DNA of 64,000 bases from Macrostomum hystrix (GCA_950097015.1 CATNEN010000034.1:5580001-5644000); one strand, 5' to 3'. Positions 15,201 through 27,400 are shown, numbered from the stretch's first letter. Translations and numbers: made by a program. Notes: generated from the letters alone by a model not told the origin.

Positions 15201-18200
15201 AGCAGACCGAGTACAACTTGGTGGTCTGCGACGTTACGCTGCAGACTGAGGGCGAATTGATTCAAGCATTTGCAGTCTTCAAAACAGCCACAAGCGAAAC
15301 TGCTTCAGTATGGGAGTGTGAGAGCACAGATATGACAGCCCAAACAATCACCGAAGCACTCGACTCAGTAGTCAAAGTCGGAGCACTTGTTCTGGATGCA
15401 TCGACACTGACTGACACAGTCGAAGTCCAAACAGCCGACAAGGAGACAGTCTATACATTGTCAATGAGCGACGCTACTCATCAGACAGAAAGTGAGATGA
15501 ATCATGCATCGATTGTCATCAGGCCAGACGTCGCTGAGGTTGCATCGTTGTGTGCCTGTGAAAGCTCCGACACCACAACCCAAACAATCACCGAAGCACG
15601 CGACTCAGTAGTCAAAGTCGGAGCACTTGTTCTGGATGCATCGACACTGACTGACACAGTCGAAGTCCAAACAGCCGACAAGGAGACAGTCTATACATTG
15701 TCAATGAGCGACGCTACTCATCAGACAGAAAGTGAGATGAATCATGCATCGATTGTCATCAGGCCAGACATCGCTGAGGTTGCATCGTTGTGTGCCTGTG
15801 AAAGCTGCGACACCACAACCCAAACAATCACCGAAGCACGCGACTCAGTAGTCAAAGTCGGAGCACTTGTTCTGGATGCATCGACACTGACTGACACAGT
15901 CGAAGTCCAAACAGCCGACAAGGAGACAGTCTATACATTGTCAATGAGCGACGCTACTCATCAGACAGAAAGTGAGATGAATCATGCATCGATTGTCATC
16001 AGGCCAGACGTCGCTGAGGTTGCATCGTTGTGTGCCTGTGAAAGCTGCGACACCACAACCCAAACAATCACCGAAGCACGCGACTCAGTAGTCAAAGTCG
16101 GAGCACTTGTTCTGGATGCATCGACACTGACTGACACAGTCGAAGTCCAAACAGCCGACAAGGAGACAGTCTATACATTGTCAATGGTTGATAGTGCAGG
16201 ACAAACCGAAGTCGAGTGCCTAGAGATGGCGACAAGAGTTGAACCACAAATGGCTGCGAGCGCTTCAATGTGGGACGCCGAATCAAACGACATGTCAACA
16301 CAGACTCTGTACGAATGCACCGAAACCCTAGTGACAATCGGATCCACTGTTGAGGATAAAGCAACCGAGATATCATTGCACGTCAGCTGTCAGGAGCAAC
16401 AGACGGACTCGATTGTTGTTGATACGGCTGAGAAGCAGACCGAGTACAACTTGGTGGTCTGCGACGCTACGCTGCAGACTGAGGGCGAGTTGATTCAAGC
16501 ATTTGCAGTCTTCAAAACAGCCACAAGCGAAACTGCTTCAGTATGGGAGTGTGAGAGCACAGATATGACAGCCCAAACAATCACCGAAGCACGCGACTCA
16601 GTAGTCAAAGTTGGAGCACTTGTTCTGGATGCATCGACACTGACTGACACAGTCGAAGTCCAAACAGCCGACAAGGAGACAGTCTATACATTGTCAATGA
16701 GCGACGCTACTCATCAGACAGAAAGTGAGATGAATCATGCATCGATTGTCATCAGGCCAGACGTCGCTGAGGTTGCATCGTTGTGTGCCTGTGAAAGCTC
16801 CGACACCACAACCCAAACAATCACCGAAGCACGCGACTCAGTAGTCAAAGTCGGAGCACTTGTTCTGGATGCATCGACACTGACTGACACAGTCGAAGTC
16901 CAAACAGCCGACAAGGAGACAGTCTATACATTGTCAATGGTTGATAGTGCAGGACAAACCGAAGTCGAGTGCCTAGAGATGGCGACAAGAGTTGAACCAC
17001 AAATGGCTGCGAGCGCTTCAATGTGGGACGCCGAATCAAACGACATGTCAACACAGACTCTGTACGAATGCACCGAAACCCTAGTGACAATCGGATCCAC
17101 TGTTGAGGATAAAGCAACCGAGATATCATTGCACGTCAGCTGTCAGGAGCAACAGACGGACTCGATTGTTGTTGATACGGCTGAGAAGCAGACCGAGTAC
17201 AACTTGGTGGTCTGCGACGCTACGCTGCAGACTGAGGGCGAGTTGATTCAAGCATTTGCAGTCTTCAAAACAGCCACAAGCGAAACTGCTTCAGTATGGG
17301 AGTGTGAGAGCACAGATATGACAACCCAAACAATCACCGAAGCACGCGACTCAGTAGTCAAAGTCGGAGCACTTGTTCTGGATGCATCGACACTGACTGA
17401 CACAGTCGAAGTCCAAACAGCCGACATGGAGACAGTCTATACATTGTCAATGAGCGACTGCTACTCATCAGACAGAAAGTGAGATGAATCATGCATCGAT
17501 TGTCATCAGGCCAGACGTCGCTGAGGTTGCATCGTTGTGTGCCTGTGAAAGCTGCGACACCACAACCCAAACAATCACCGAAGCACGCGACTCAGTAGTC
17601 AAAGTCGGAGCACTTGTTCTGGATGCATCGACACTGACTGACACAGTCGAAGTCCAAACAGCCGACAAGGAGACAGTCTATACATTGTCAATGGTTGATA
17701 GTGCAGGACAAACCGAAGTCGAGTGCCTAGAGATGGCGACAAGAGTTGAACCACAAATGGCTGCGAGCGCTTCAATGTGGGACGCCGAATCAAACGACAT
17801 GTCAACACAGACTCTGTACGAATGCACCGAAACCCTAGTGACAATCGGATCCACTGTTGAGGATAAAGCAACCGAGATATCATTGCACGTCAGCTGTCAG
17901 GAGCAACAGACGGACTCGATTGTTGTTGATACGGCTGAGAAGCAGACCGAGTACAACTTGGTGGTCTGCGACGCTACGCTGCAGACTGAGGGCGAGTTGA
18001 TTCAAGCATTTGCAGTCTTCAAAACAGCCACAAGCGAAACTGCTTCAGTATGGGAGTGTGAGAGCACAGATATGACAACCCAAACAATCACCGAAGCACG
18101 CGAGTCAGTAGTCAAAGTTGGAGCACTTGTTCTGGATGCATCGACACTGACTGACACAGTCGAAGTCCAAACAGCCGACAAGGAGACAGTCTATACATTG

Positions 18201-21200
18201 TCAATGAGCGACGCTACTCATCAGACAGAAAGTGAGATGAATCATGCATCGATTGTCATCAGGCCAGACGTCGCTGAGGTTGCATCGTTGTGTGCCTGTG
18301 AAAGCTCCGACACCACAACCCAAACAATCACCGAAGCACGCGACTCAGTAGTCAAAGTCGGAGCACTTGTTCTGGATGCATCGACACTGACTGACACAGT
18401 CGAAGTCCAAACAGCCGACAAGGAGACAGTCTATACATTGTCAATGAGCGACGCTACTCATCAGACAGAAAGTGAGATGAATCATGCATCGATTGTCATC
18501 AGGCCAGACGTCGCTGAGGTTGCATCGTTGTGTGCCTGTGAAAGCTGCGACACCACAACCCAAACAATCACCGAAGCACGCGACTCAGTAGTCAAAGTCG
18601 GAGCACTTGTTCTGGATGCATCGACACTGACTGACACAGTCGAAGTCCAAACAGCCGACAAGGAGACAGTCTATACATTGTCAATGGTTGATAGTGCAGG
18701 ACAAACCGAAGTCGAGTGCCTAGAGATGGCGACAAGAGTTGAACCACAAATGGCTGCGAGCGCTTCAATGTGGGACGCCGAATCAAACGACATGTCAACA
18801 CAGACTCTGTACGAATGCACCGAAACCCTAGTGACAATCGGATCCACTGTTGAGGATAAAGCAACCGAGATATCATTGCACGTCAGCTGTCAGGAGCAAC
18901 AGACGGACTCGATTGTTGTTGATACGGCTGAGAAGCAGACCGAGTACAACTTGGTGGTCTGCGACGCTACGCTGCAGACTGAGGGCGAGTTGATTCAAGC
19001 ATTTGCAGTCTTCAAAACAGCCACAAGCGAAACTGCTTCAGTATGGGAGTGTGAGAGCACAGATATGACAGCCCAAACAATCACCGAAGCACTCGACTCA
19101 GTAGTCAAAGTCGGAGCACTTGTTCTGGATGCATCGACACTGACTGACACAGTCGAAGTCCAAACAGCCGACATGGAGACAGTCTATACATTGTCAATGA
19201 GCGACGCTACTCATCAGACAGAAAGTGAGATGAATCATGCATCGATTGTCATCAGGCCAGACGTCGCTGAGGTTGCATCGTTGTGTGCCTGTGAAAGCTC
19301 CGACACCACAACCCAAACAATCACCGAAGCACGCGACTCAGTAGTCAAAGTCGGAGCACTTGTTCTGGATGCCTCGACACTGACTGACACAGTCGAAGTC
19401 CAAACAGCCGACAAGGAGACAGTCTATACATTGTCAATGGTTGATAGTGCAGGACAAACCGAAGTCGAGTGCCTAGAGATGGCGACAAGAGTTGAACCAC
19501 AAATGGCTGCGAGCGCTTCAAAGTGGGACGCCGAATCAAACGACATGTCAACACAGACTCTGTACGAATGCACCGAAACCCTAGTGACAATCGGATCCAC
19601 TGTTGAGGATAAAGCAACCGAGATATCATTGCACGTCAGCTGTCAGGAGCAACAGACGGACTCGATTGTTGTTGATACGGCTGAGAAGCAGACCGAGTAC
19701 AACTTGGTGGTCTGCGACGCTACGCTGCAGACTGAGGGCGAGTTGATTCAAGCATTTGCAGTCTTCAAAACAGCCACAAGCGAAACTGCTTCAGTATGGG
19801 AGTGTGAGAGCACAGATATGACAGCCCAAACAATCACCGAAGCACTCGACTCAGTAGTCAAAGTTGGAGCACTTGTTCTGGATGCATCGACACTGACTGA
19901 CACAGTCGAAGTCCAAACAGCCGACAAGGAGACAGTCTATACATTGTCAATGAGCGACGCTACTCATCAGACAGAAAGTGAGATGAATCATGCATCGATT
20001 GTCATCAGGCCAGACGTCGCTGAGGTTGCATCGTTGTGTGCCTGTGAAAGCTCCGACACCACAACCCAAACAATCACCGAAGCACACGACTCAGTAGTCA
20101 AAGTCGGAGCACTTGTTCTGGATGCATCGACACTGACTGACACAGTCGAAGTCCAAACAGCCGACAAGGAGACAGTCTATACATTGTCAATGAGCGACGC
20201 TACTCATCAGACAGAAAGTGAGATGAATCATGCATCGATTGTCATCAGGCCAGACGTCGCTGAGGTTGCATCGTTGTGTGCCTGTGAAAGCTCCGACACC
20301 ACAACCCAAACAATCACCGAAGCACACGACTCAGTAGTCAAAGTCGGAGCACTTGTTCTGGATGCATCGACACTGACTGACACAGTCGAAGTCCAAACAG
20401 CCGACAAGGAGACAGTCTATACATTGTCAATGAGCGACGCTACTCATCAGACAGAAAGTGAGATGAATCATGCATCGATTGTCATCAGGCCAGACGTCGC
20501 TGAGGTTGCATCGTTGTGTGCCTGTGAAAGCTCCGACACCACAACCCAAACAATCACCGAAGCACGCGACTCAGTAGTCAAAGTCGGAGCACTTGTTCTG
20601 GATGCCTCGACACTGACTGACTCAGTCGAAGTCCAAACAGCCGACAAGGAGACAGTCTATACATTGTCAATGAGCGACGCTTCTCATCAGACTCAAAATG
20701 TTTCTTTGCAGTCATCTGCCAGGGTTGTCGTTTTGTTGTCCGATCGGAGCACGGAGCCACTATTACTTTTTTCAGTTGCAAGCACTTCTCAACAAACAGA
20801 GTCAACTGTAATCCAGACGGCGGATGGACAGACTGAATACTCATTACAAAATGATCTAAGTGAAACAGTTGCTCAAAAAGAGTGGGAAATTGAGGAAGCG
20901 TTTGTTAAGTGTGCGCCACCTTTAGTTAATGCAATGTGCTGTTGCGCACCTCGAGTTAATGTCGGCAGTAGTCAAGTCAACAGTGCTAGTATTCATGCCA
21001 GTGTCAATTTAAGCATTAGCATGAAAGACGCATCCCAGCAGACAAATCTTTTTTTGAGCAGCAAGCAGAAACAGACTGACTCAAAGGAAGTCTCAACTAT
21101 CGCAACTGACTGCCAGAGCTTTTCCCCAGTGGATTCATTTGTGAAAGTGGGAACTGATATTTCTGACTTTAGTGAACAGACAGAGCAACTGGTTGCTGAT

Positions 21201-23013
21201 TCCAACGCAAAAGTTGGCTGCCAAGTCACGACGAATTATACGGAACCGGTACTCCGTCTTGTTGAAGTGCCTTGTCAAACCGAGTCAATCGAAGTCACCG
21301 AGAAGGCACCTGTTATTATTGAGGAGACTTTGGTGCGCTGCCACTCAGATTTTTGGGCTGAAGCATCAGTCACAGCGGATCCAAAAATATTTCTTATAGA
21401 AGCAGTCTGCCAGACGACAGAACTTCGATGCATAGCCACCGCATCTCAGCATGCGATTGAAGTCGTAAATGAAAACGCCAATGCAATAAAGCAGTTGCGA
21501 AACGTGCAAACAGATGTCACGGACTTACTAGCCAGTCTGGTTAGCGAGGCGGAGGTGAAACACAACTCAGAAGCTGATGAACAAAATCAGATTGATTCTG
21601 TGGATGCACCAGTGCAGAAGCGCTTGTTCAAGTCAGCTTCAGATACTCGCGATACTGCATCGCTGTACTCAGCAGTACGCCAAGAAGACACTGGTTCGCA
21701 TTTCCAGTACCACCCGGAGCTTCATCATCATAGTTTTTCCAACCCGGATATTCAGTTCCACAGCCACTACGCACAAACAGAAATTATCTGCATCCATGAT
21801 GGGCCTATGGTAGATACAGCAACCTCACATCGGGACGATGTACCGAGTAAGAATCAAGTCTGTTAATTTTGTTGCGGGTAAAAATCTGGATTTTGCCTTT
21901 TCCTTTTTTCTTCAGTTTTATCTCTTCGTACCTTTTCTTTATTATTTTTAATATGCTGGATAAATTATGAGCTAGCAGATTTTTTTATCTAGGCTAGCAA
22001 CTGAACAAGAGCATATAACTACATTTTTTCTCAGAGTTCTGCCTGCAATTCTAATGCTCTGCTCCTTTTATATTTTAGGTCTGTCAGACACCTTTTTCAG
22101 TACATCTGCCCAGCCCCATTTGAGCCCATCGGGCCTTCTGAGTCCTGGTCTTATGCTGCGGCTGCGCAGCTCTAAGGAACCGGATTCCGACGGAGAACAG
22201 GTGGTGTCTAGCATGGCCCGCCTTGTTGATCGAGTGCAGCCATCACCGCAGCCGTCACCGATGTCACTACCGCTTTCTCCTGAGCACCAACATCAACAGA
22301 AGCTAAGAGCTGATACAACTGATGATGCTAAACCATTAATGCCTACTGTTTTTTCAAGAAAACAGCAACAGCAGCCGCAGGCTCAACAGTATCAACAACA
22401 GCCTCAGAGTCCGCAATCCTTCCGGCAGCGCCATCTTGGAGTGTCGAATCCCGAAGAATGTGAAGCAACCACCACCACCACTATGTCAGGACCGGTGCCA
22501 GCTTTGGCCTCAGCGTCGGGTCCCATGCAGTCACGAAAAGTTACTCCTGCTGCATCGGGCTTAAAGAGTCCCGGTCTGATGTTCCGACTGCGAAATGAAG
22601 AGGCAGCTGAAGCGGCAGAGCAGCAGAGCATGCTGGCTGAGATGACTCGCGTGGCCGGCCGAATGCCCGGTAGCGGTGGAATTGGCGGCACAGGCAGTGG
22701 TGGCCTTGGACCCCCAATGCCAGTTCCTCGTACACCCTCTGCACCCTCCTCGAGAGGTTCATCGTCTGATGACTCAATGGTGCTGGGTCAGGAGGCTCAG
22801 GGAGTTCAGGCACCACCGCAGCAGGCGCCGCGGCAGGCCCCACATCCTACGGAGGAATTCGAGCTAGCAAGAAAGCGGGCGACTGCAAGGCGCCTTCTAA
22901 GAGAGCAGGAGGAGCGAGATGAAGCAGAGGCCGAGGCGCAGAGGCGCCAGCGTCGAGTTGAACCAGGAGGTGACGCTGGCGTAGGACCGGCCCCTGGGCC
23001 AAGAGAGGCATGA
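5188..23013 (+). CDS. Giant plakin-family protein (~4,478 aa): N-terminal plakin domain with SH3, ~3,700-aa QT-motif repeat region, low-complexity C-terminus
   Basis: Manually assembled exons 5188-5346, 5443-5556, 5648-5950, 7359-7508, 7631-7785, 8039-8147, 8652-8784, 8869-8907, 9051-9261, 10717-21846, 22079-23013. All introns are GT-AG except one GC-AG (8785-8868) and all phases are compatible. Summed length is 13,437 nt (divisible by 3) after removing one inserted base at 17459. A further upstream exon cannot be excluded. Confidence 0.75.
6906..7140 (+). mobile_element. tRNA-derived CORE-like SINE in an intron of the plakin gene
   Basis: A-box TCGCCTAGTGG and B-box GGTTCGATTCC, followed by TGTGTCCTTTAGCAAGACACTT...CTTCAGTTCACCAGCTGTTAAATGGG, which resembles the CORE domain of MIR-type SINEs. 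Confidence 0.65.
10717..21846 (+). CDS. Giant single exon (~11.1 kb, ~3,710 aa), acidic Thr/Ser/Glu-rich, with 11-aa-periodic D-x-x-x-Q-T motifs
   Basis: Acceptor TTTACAG|G at 10716/10717 and donor CCGA|GTAAGA at 21846/21847. ORFs 10775-17482 and 17484-21866 become one frame if the extra T at 17459 is removed. Confidence 0.85.
13082..20690 (+). repeat. Coding higher-order tandem array: 14 A units (240 bp/80 aa), 8 B units (513 bp/171 aa) and a terminal partial unit
   Basis: The shared core QTITEARDSVVKVGALVLDASTLTDTVEVQTADKETVYTLSM recurs at 13082, 13322, 13835, 14075 ... 20547. Order is ABABABAAABABABAABABAAA, and 14x240+8x513+1=7465 matches 20547-13082. Confidence 0.95.
22079..23013 (+). 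CDS. Terminal exon of the plakin-repeat gene; Pro/Gln/Ser-rich with a duplicated SGLxSPGLMxRLR motif
   Basis: Acceptor TATTTTAG|GT at 22078/22079 is phase-compatible with the giant exon donor (A+GT=Ser); open to TGA at 23011-23013. Confidence 0.7.
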
Positions 23014-24990
23014 GTGACTTATTTTTATTTTTGTGTGTTCTTCTAATTCACTGAATAGTATTTTTACCTGAAACTGTAACTGAATAGTTGCGGTAAACGA
23101 ATAATCATGCTTCTCAGAATTTTAAACGGACGCTAGAAACATATAAAATATTTTCGATGACTTTAAAGTACTCAAACATATTTAAGCACATTTACTTTTG
23201 GTACATTGACTGCTCAAGGAAAGTGAGAATTCTTACGTGCTACTCCATTCTCAGTAGACTAACCTGGTCTTTGTTGTATTTTTAGACAATGCTACCTTCT
23301 GTAATAATAATTAGGAATGTTATTATAATGCTCGTTGACTTGAAATATTAACATAAACGCTTACGCCTGTTTTAATTTAGTTTCAAATTAGTAAATAATG
23401 TTCTCGCTCTCATTGGAAATTAGAATTTGACAGTCATAGCGCTAGGTGGTGCATATCTAACAATTACTTCTGCTCCATTATTATACCACCACTAGAACTC
23501 CTCTTGCAACTGCCATGTTAGTTGTTAGTTCCATATTTCTGAGTACTGAGTGAAATATTTAACTGCTACTTTGTCTATACGAATCAATCATTTGTGAAAG
23601 ACACATTATAACAAAATATAAAACCTAGCTAAATATTTTCACACTACGCTTTACGTATAAAACGAAAAGTTTTTTTAATTTATTTGTTTTGTAATTTAGG
23701 TTCCGCTTCATTTTTTCTTACGATTGGACATGGGAAGATCCACATATTTCGGGCGGGCGAGACCGCCATTATGCCGGGCGGGACCGTCATCCATCATGCG
23801 TCATTGCCGCGAAAATGTAAAAAATAAATACCTTCATCTCTTTTATCTTCATTATCCCACTCATTTGTCTACTCTTTATCAAGCGAGCAACACTACCCGA
23901 CAGCGTAATTTGTTTGTATCAAATTCTAATCTAATTAGATCTGGTCGCACCCAAAAGCCTGAGTTATATCATTTTTAGCTTATTGCTGAAATGTAGTCAG
24001 CCACTTGCCGAGTCAGTGCCAGCGTCAAGTTTCTTGTGATGCTTGCAAGCCTTTAGTGATAATCAAAATTGTCACTGATCAGGAGGCTGAAGGAGGCATA
24101 ATGAGCCGCATCGCTGATACTTTTGCTGCACATTTTAACAAAGCAATGACTCACTGCGACTTATTATTCCTCAATAATAAAAGCCGCAATCCTGCCGGCC
24201 GGCTTTGTTAGTTTATGTTTAGCGAACACTTTCGCTGATCCATTAAATATGAATAATATAGGTTCTCAATAAAACCAAGCACCACATAAACACTGAACAA
24301 GACTGACTGCTTGGATATCCATATGATAACACGGAGCCAAGAACCATAAGCACGTTTTAGCCAATTAAAAACGTCTTTCAACGGTTCAGCGTTCTATCTT
24401 AATTGTTTAGATGACCGACACGCAAATCCTGATGTGAAATGAGATCCTTTGGCCTACATTTTCTGTCGAGACATTTGTGTCTTTAGGACAGTAACAAAGA
24501 GTGAATATTACGCTGGCCTAATGCAAACGATGTACGCAGTTAGGTACTTAGCTACATTTATGTAAATAATCATAAAAGCTCAAAGTGAAATAGAACAAAC
24601 ATTTTGGTAGCTTGCTCAGAGCTATTTAATTCAGCATCAGATCAGCACAACGATGTAAAGCTATTTTGAGATCATGAGTATAGGCTTTGCCAATGCTGCA
24701 TGCACTAACTGGCTTACACGTATCAAAAAATCTACTTAAAAGGTGCAATAACAGGTGGCGAACTGGATCTAGCAGAAACCGATTGCTCAGAGAGTAATGT
24801 ATAGCTGAGAGCTTTAGTATACACATGAAATGTATAAAAATGCCATTGAATTATCAATATGGATACTCCTAATAATTTAATTTTAAACTAGATTTTCATT
24901 TGCGATCAGCTATTTAAATACGCTCAATCCATCAAGAATAAAGAGTAAAGAGTATAGAGTAAATCATAAATAATAAAGAGAGCCATTCAG

Positions 24991-25284
24991 TTAAACTTTT
25001 TCGGAGCGTCTTTTATTCCGTCGCGACCTCCATCGGTAGTAGTAGGTCCCTGCCACGACTAGAGCAATCAGCAGTGCGACAAGGATTACAGCAATGCAGG
25101 TCACCTGGCCTTTGCTAATGGTGCATAATTTTCCTGTCCAATCTTTGAGGCATTTGCAATGATACACGTCGGGTTCGATCTTCTCGCAGAAGCTTTCTTC
25201 CGAGCACAAGGCTTGATATTTTTTATATATATGTTCGTGCTCTTCATCGTGCGTGCACCTCCTGGTTGCGTTCGAGCTACTTAA
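24991..25284 (-). pseudogene. EGF-TM microprotein paralogue 1; open frame but TTA where paralogue 2 has its ATG
   Basis: SSSNATRRCTHDEEHEHIYKKYQALCSEESFCEKIEPDVYHCKCLKDWTGKLC, then TM (VTCIAVILVALLIALVVAGTYYY) and RWRSRRNKRRSEKV*. In-frame TAA at 25300-25302 upstream and no in-frame ATG; it could be functional only if spliced from an unseen exon at the AAG/TAG acceptor 25277-25282. Confidence 0.6.
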
Positions 25285-25343
25285 AAAAGCAACGAAAAGT
25301 TATATGTTTAACTGCTATCCAAGCTCAGCCAGTGGGCACAGCT

Positions 25344-25351
25344 TATTTATA
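25344..25351 (-). promoter_or_regulatory. Putative TATA box (TATAAATA) of EGF-TM paralogue 1
   Basis: About 60 nt upstream of the start-codon position; the same motif is conserved at 28719-28726 in paralogue 2 despite diverged surroundings. Confidence 0.5.
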
Positions 25352-25999
25352 TACACAAAGACGATTGAGCCGGAATCGCCGAGGTCCAACCTGCAACCAT
25401 GCACTTGGGCTAGACCAATTAGCCTTTATCAGGCAGTCCTGCTGTCCATATATGACCAATGCTAGGAAGGTTCAGCTCAGAGAGATCACCTAAATTGGGC
25501 ACTATTTATTTTGGCTCGGAACCGGACAATTTGCGGCTAAATAAAAGGGTTGCTATTTAGCCAATACCATTGAAGCGTAAACATTCGATGCAGAACAGCC
25601 CCGCGCATGAGGCGCCCTCAATTCATGTCGCTCGCTTTCAAAAAGCGACAAAAATCTCTCGTTTCGGCGAAAAATGACATGCCTTGTTTGACTTTCATGT
25701 TCTGTTCTGCTCAGTAAATTAATCTCAATTGATGAAGGGACTGAATACTACAGATACTACACTAGTAGACTACTAATGTATACTAGTATCTGCAGAATCA
25801 ACTAACGGCAAAGATATGACATTTTAATCACTTCGCGCACTCGTGCTTTTGCCATTGACGCACTCGTTTTCGTGCAGGAATATTACATTCTAATCATTCT
25901 AATCGTATATAAAGTGCACTCGAAGTAAATGTTTTTAGCTAGGCAGCCTGATTGGCCTCTAAGCAAATAATATCAAATGAGTCTACGATCTGTACCCGT

Positions 26000-27400
26000 A
26001 GAGAACAGATCCGTAGAGAACCACGTACCCGTAGTTCCCGTCTTGGGTGTTAATCCAGTGGCGCATCTGTGCCCTATCGTCTGGAAGAAAGTGTTGGGCA
26101 CACGGACCGTCTTCGGCTTTGATAGACTGCGTTGGGTTTTCTCCTAGTATGTCAGAGCGCGTGTTTTGACTTAGCTTCAGGGTGGTCCTTGGATACAGCT
26201 GGTAGGCGAGAGCCGCCCATTTCGCAAACCCCTGTGGGCCCGCAGACAGGCGGGGCTGCGAATCACAACAAGATGCAAATGAAATTATAGTCAAGTCCTT
26301 TCACCCAATAAAAAGCATGCAATTAAAAAATCAGGTCAGGGTAGTCCGCCGGTCCGTCCTGCAGCGTTGTCTTCCGAGGGGAAGATAATACGTGGATCGT
26401 CTTGTCATCCAAAGGATATCATCAACACGGAGGCCGGCAATGCAGTCCAGCGTCCCGCCTGACAAATGGTAAATTCACTCCAAGCCCTGCTAGAGCTCCG
26501 CATGAAGCAGCGCTCTATCAGGTGCCGAGAACACAAGCGTCAGTGTCGGAAGCTTTGTAGGTTCGGCAGAGCGACAAGAAAGCGCTTCCTTCAGGGCTAT
26601 TAGATGCTGACGAGTCGGATGGCGAGTGCTTGTGACAGAATTTAGCTGGCGACACACCTCAACCAGCTGCTGCCTGCTGGTCTTCTGAATCCTAGTGGCC
26701 CTCCGTCATTACGTGGTCGCCGACATCGTCGTACACAGTGACAGAACGGGGGCCGTCGAAGCGCTGAAATAGCTCAGCGTACCATTCGACGACGTCAATT
26801 GGGTGCTGCACACCCCAATTGCCGGTGACGTGTGGAGCTTTCGGCTGCGGGCCTTCCACGTTCCGCGGATGCCTTTCAGATCGGAAGTGCCTGGGGGACC
26901 CAGTCTCGAGCCTCGCCTTCGACAGCGACGCACAAAGCATATTTTCTTTGCTTTTACCGTAGCCTGAAAGCCTTAGCAGACGACGCCTTGTGCATATCTC
27001 GCTACGCGCGTTGCTCTGCCTCTGCCTCCTTTTTGCTTTTGCAGGTTCAGCACCTTCTGCCTCCTGCCCCTCTCGTCCGCTTCCTGGCTGCCGAGTATCC
27101 AAGCCTTGTACGCGTCGGATTAGGATAAATATTAGCGCTTTTGCCGACTGAAATGCGGGGCCTAGCAGCCTGATGCTCCAAGCTGGCGCAGCTGGTCATC
27201 ATTGGCCGACCGTAAATAACATGACAGTGTACAAGTAGATACACCACCCGACAAAAAGACCCATTCAGCCTGCTGTCGGACCATGCTTTGAGTACAGGCT
27301 TTGCTGGTACAACTGGCCAGCCTGCTGGTCATCCTACAAGAGCGTGCGGATACCGCCTTCTGGAACACATGATGTGCGCTTCCCGCGTTATCTGACCCGC
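26000..27400 (-). other. GC-rich decayed coding-like segment, unidentified (possible transposon remnant)
   Basis: Adjacent partial frames (26692-27102 and a continuation ATRIQKTSRQQLVEVCRQLN...) are broken by stops and shifts; GC is higher than in the flanks; the segment is absent from the duplicated flanks of paralogues 1 and 2. Confidence 0.3.

Noticed and set aside
13353-19629. Eight repeated 94-aa minus-strand ORFs (MISRLLYPQQ...)
   Set aside because: Antisense shadows of the B repeat unit; their recurrence is explained by the plus-strand array.
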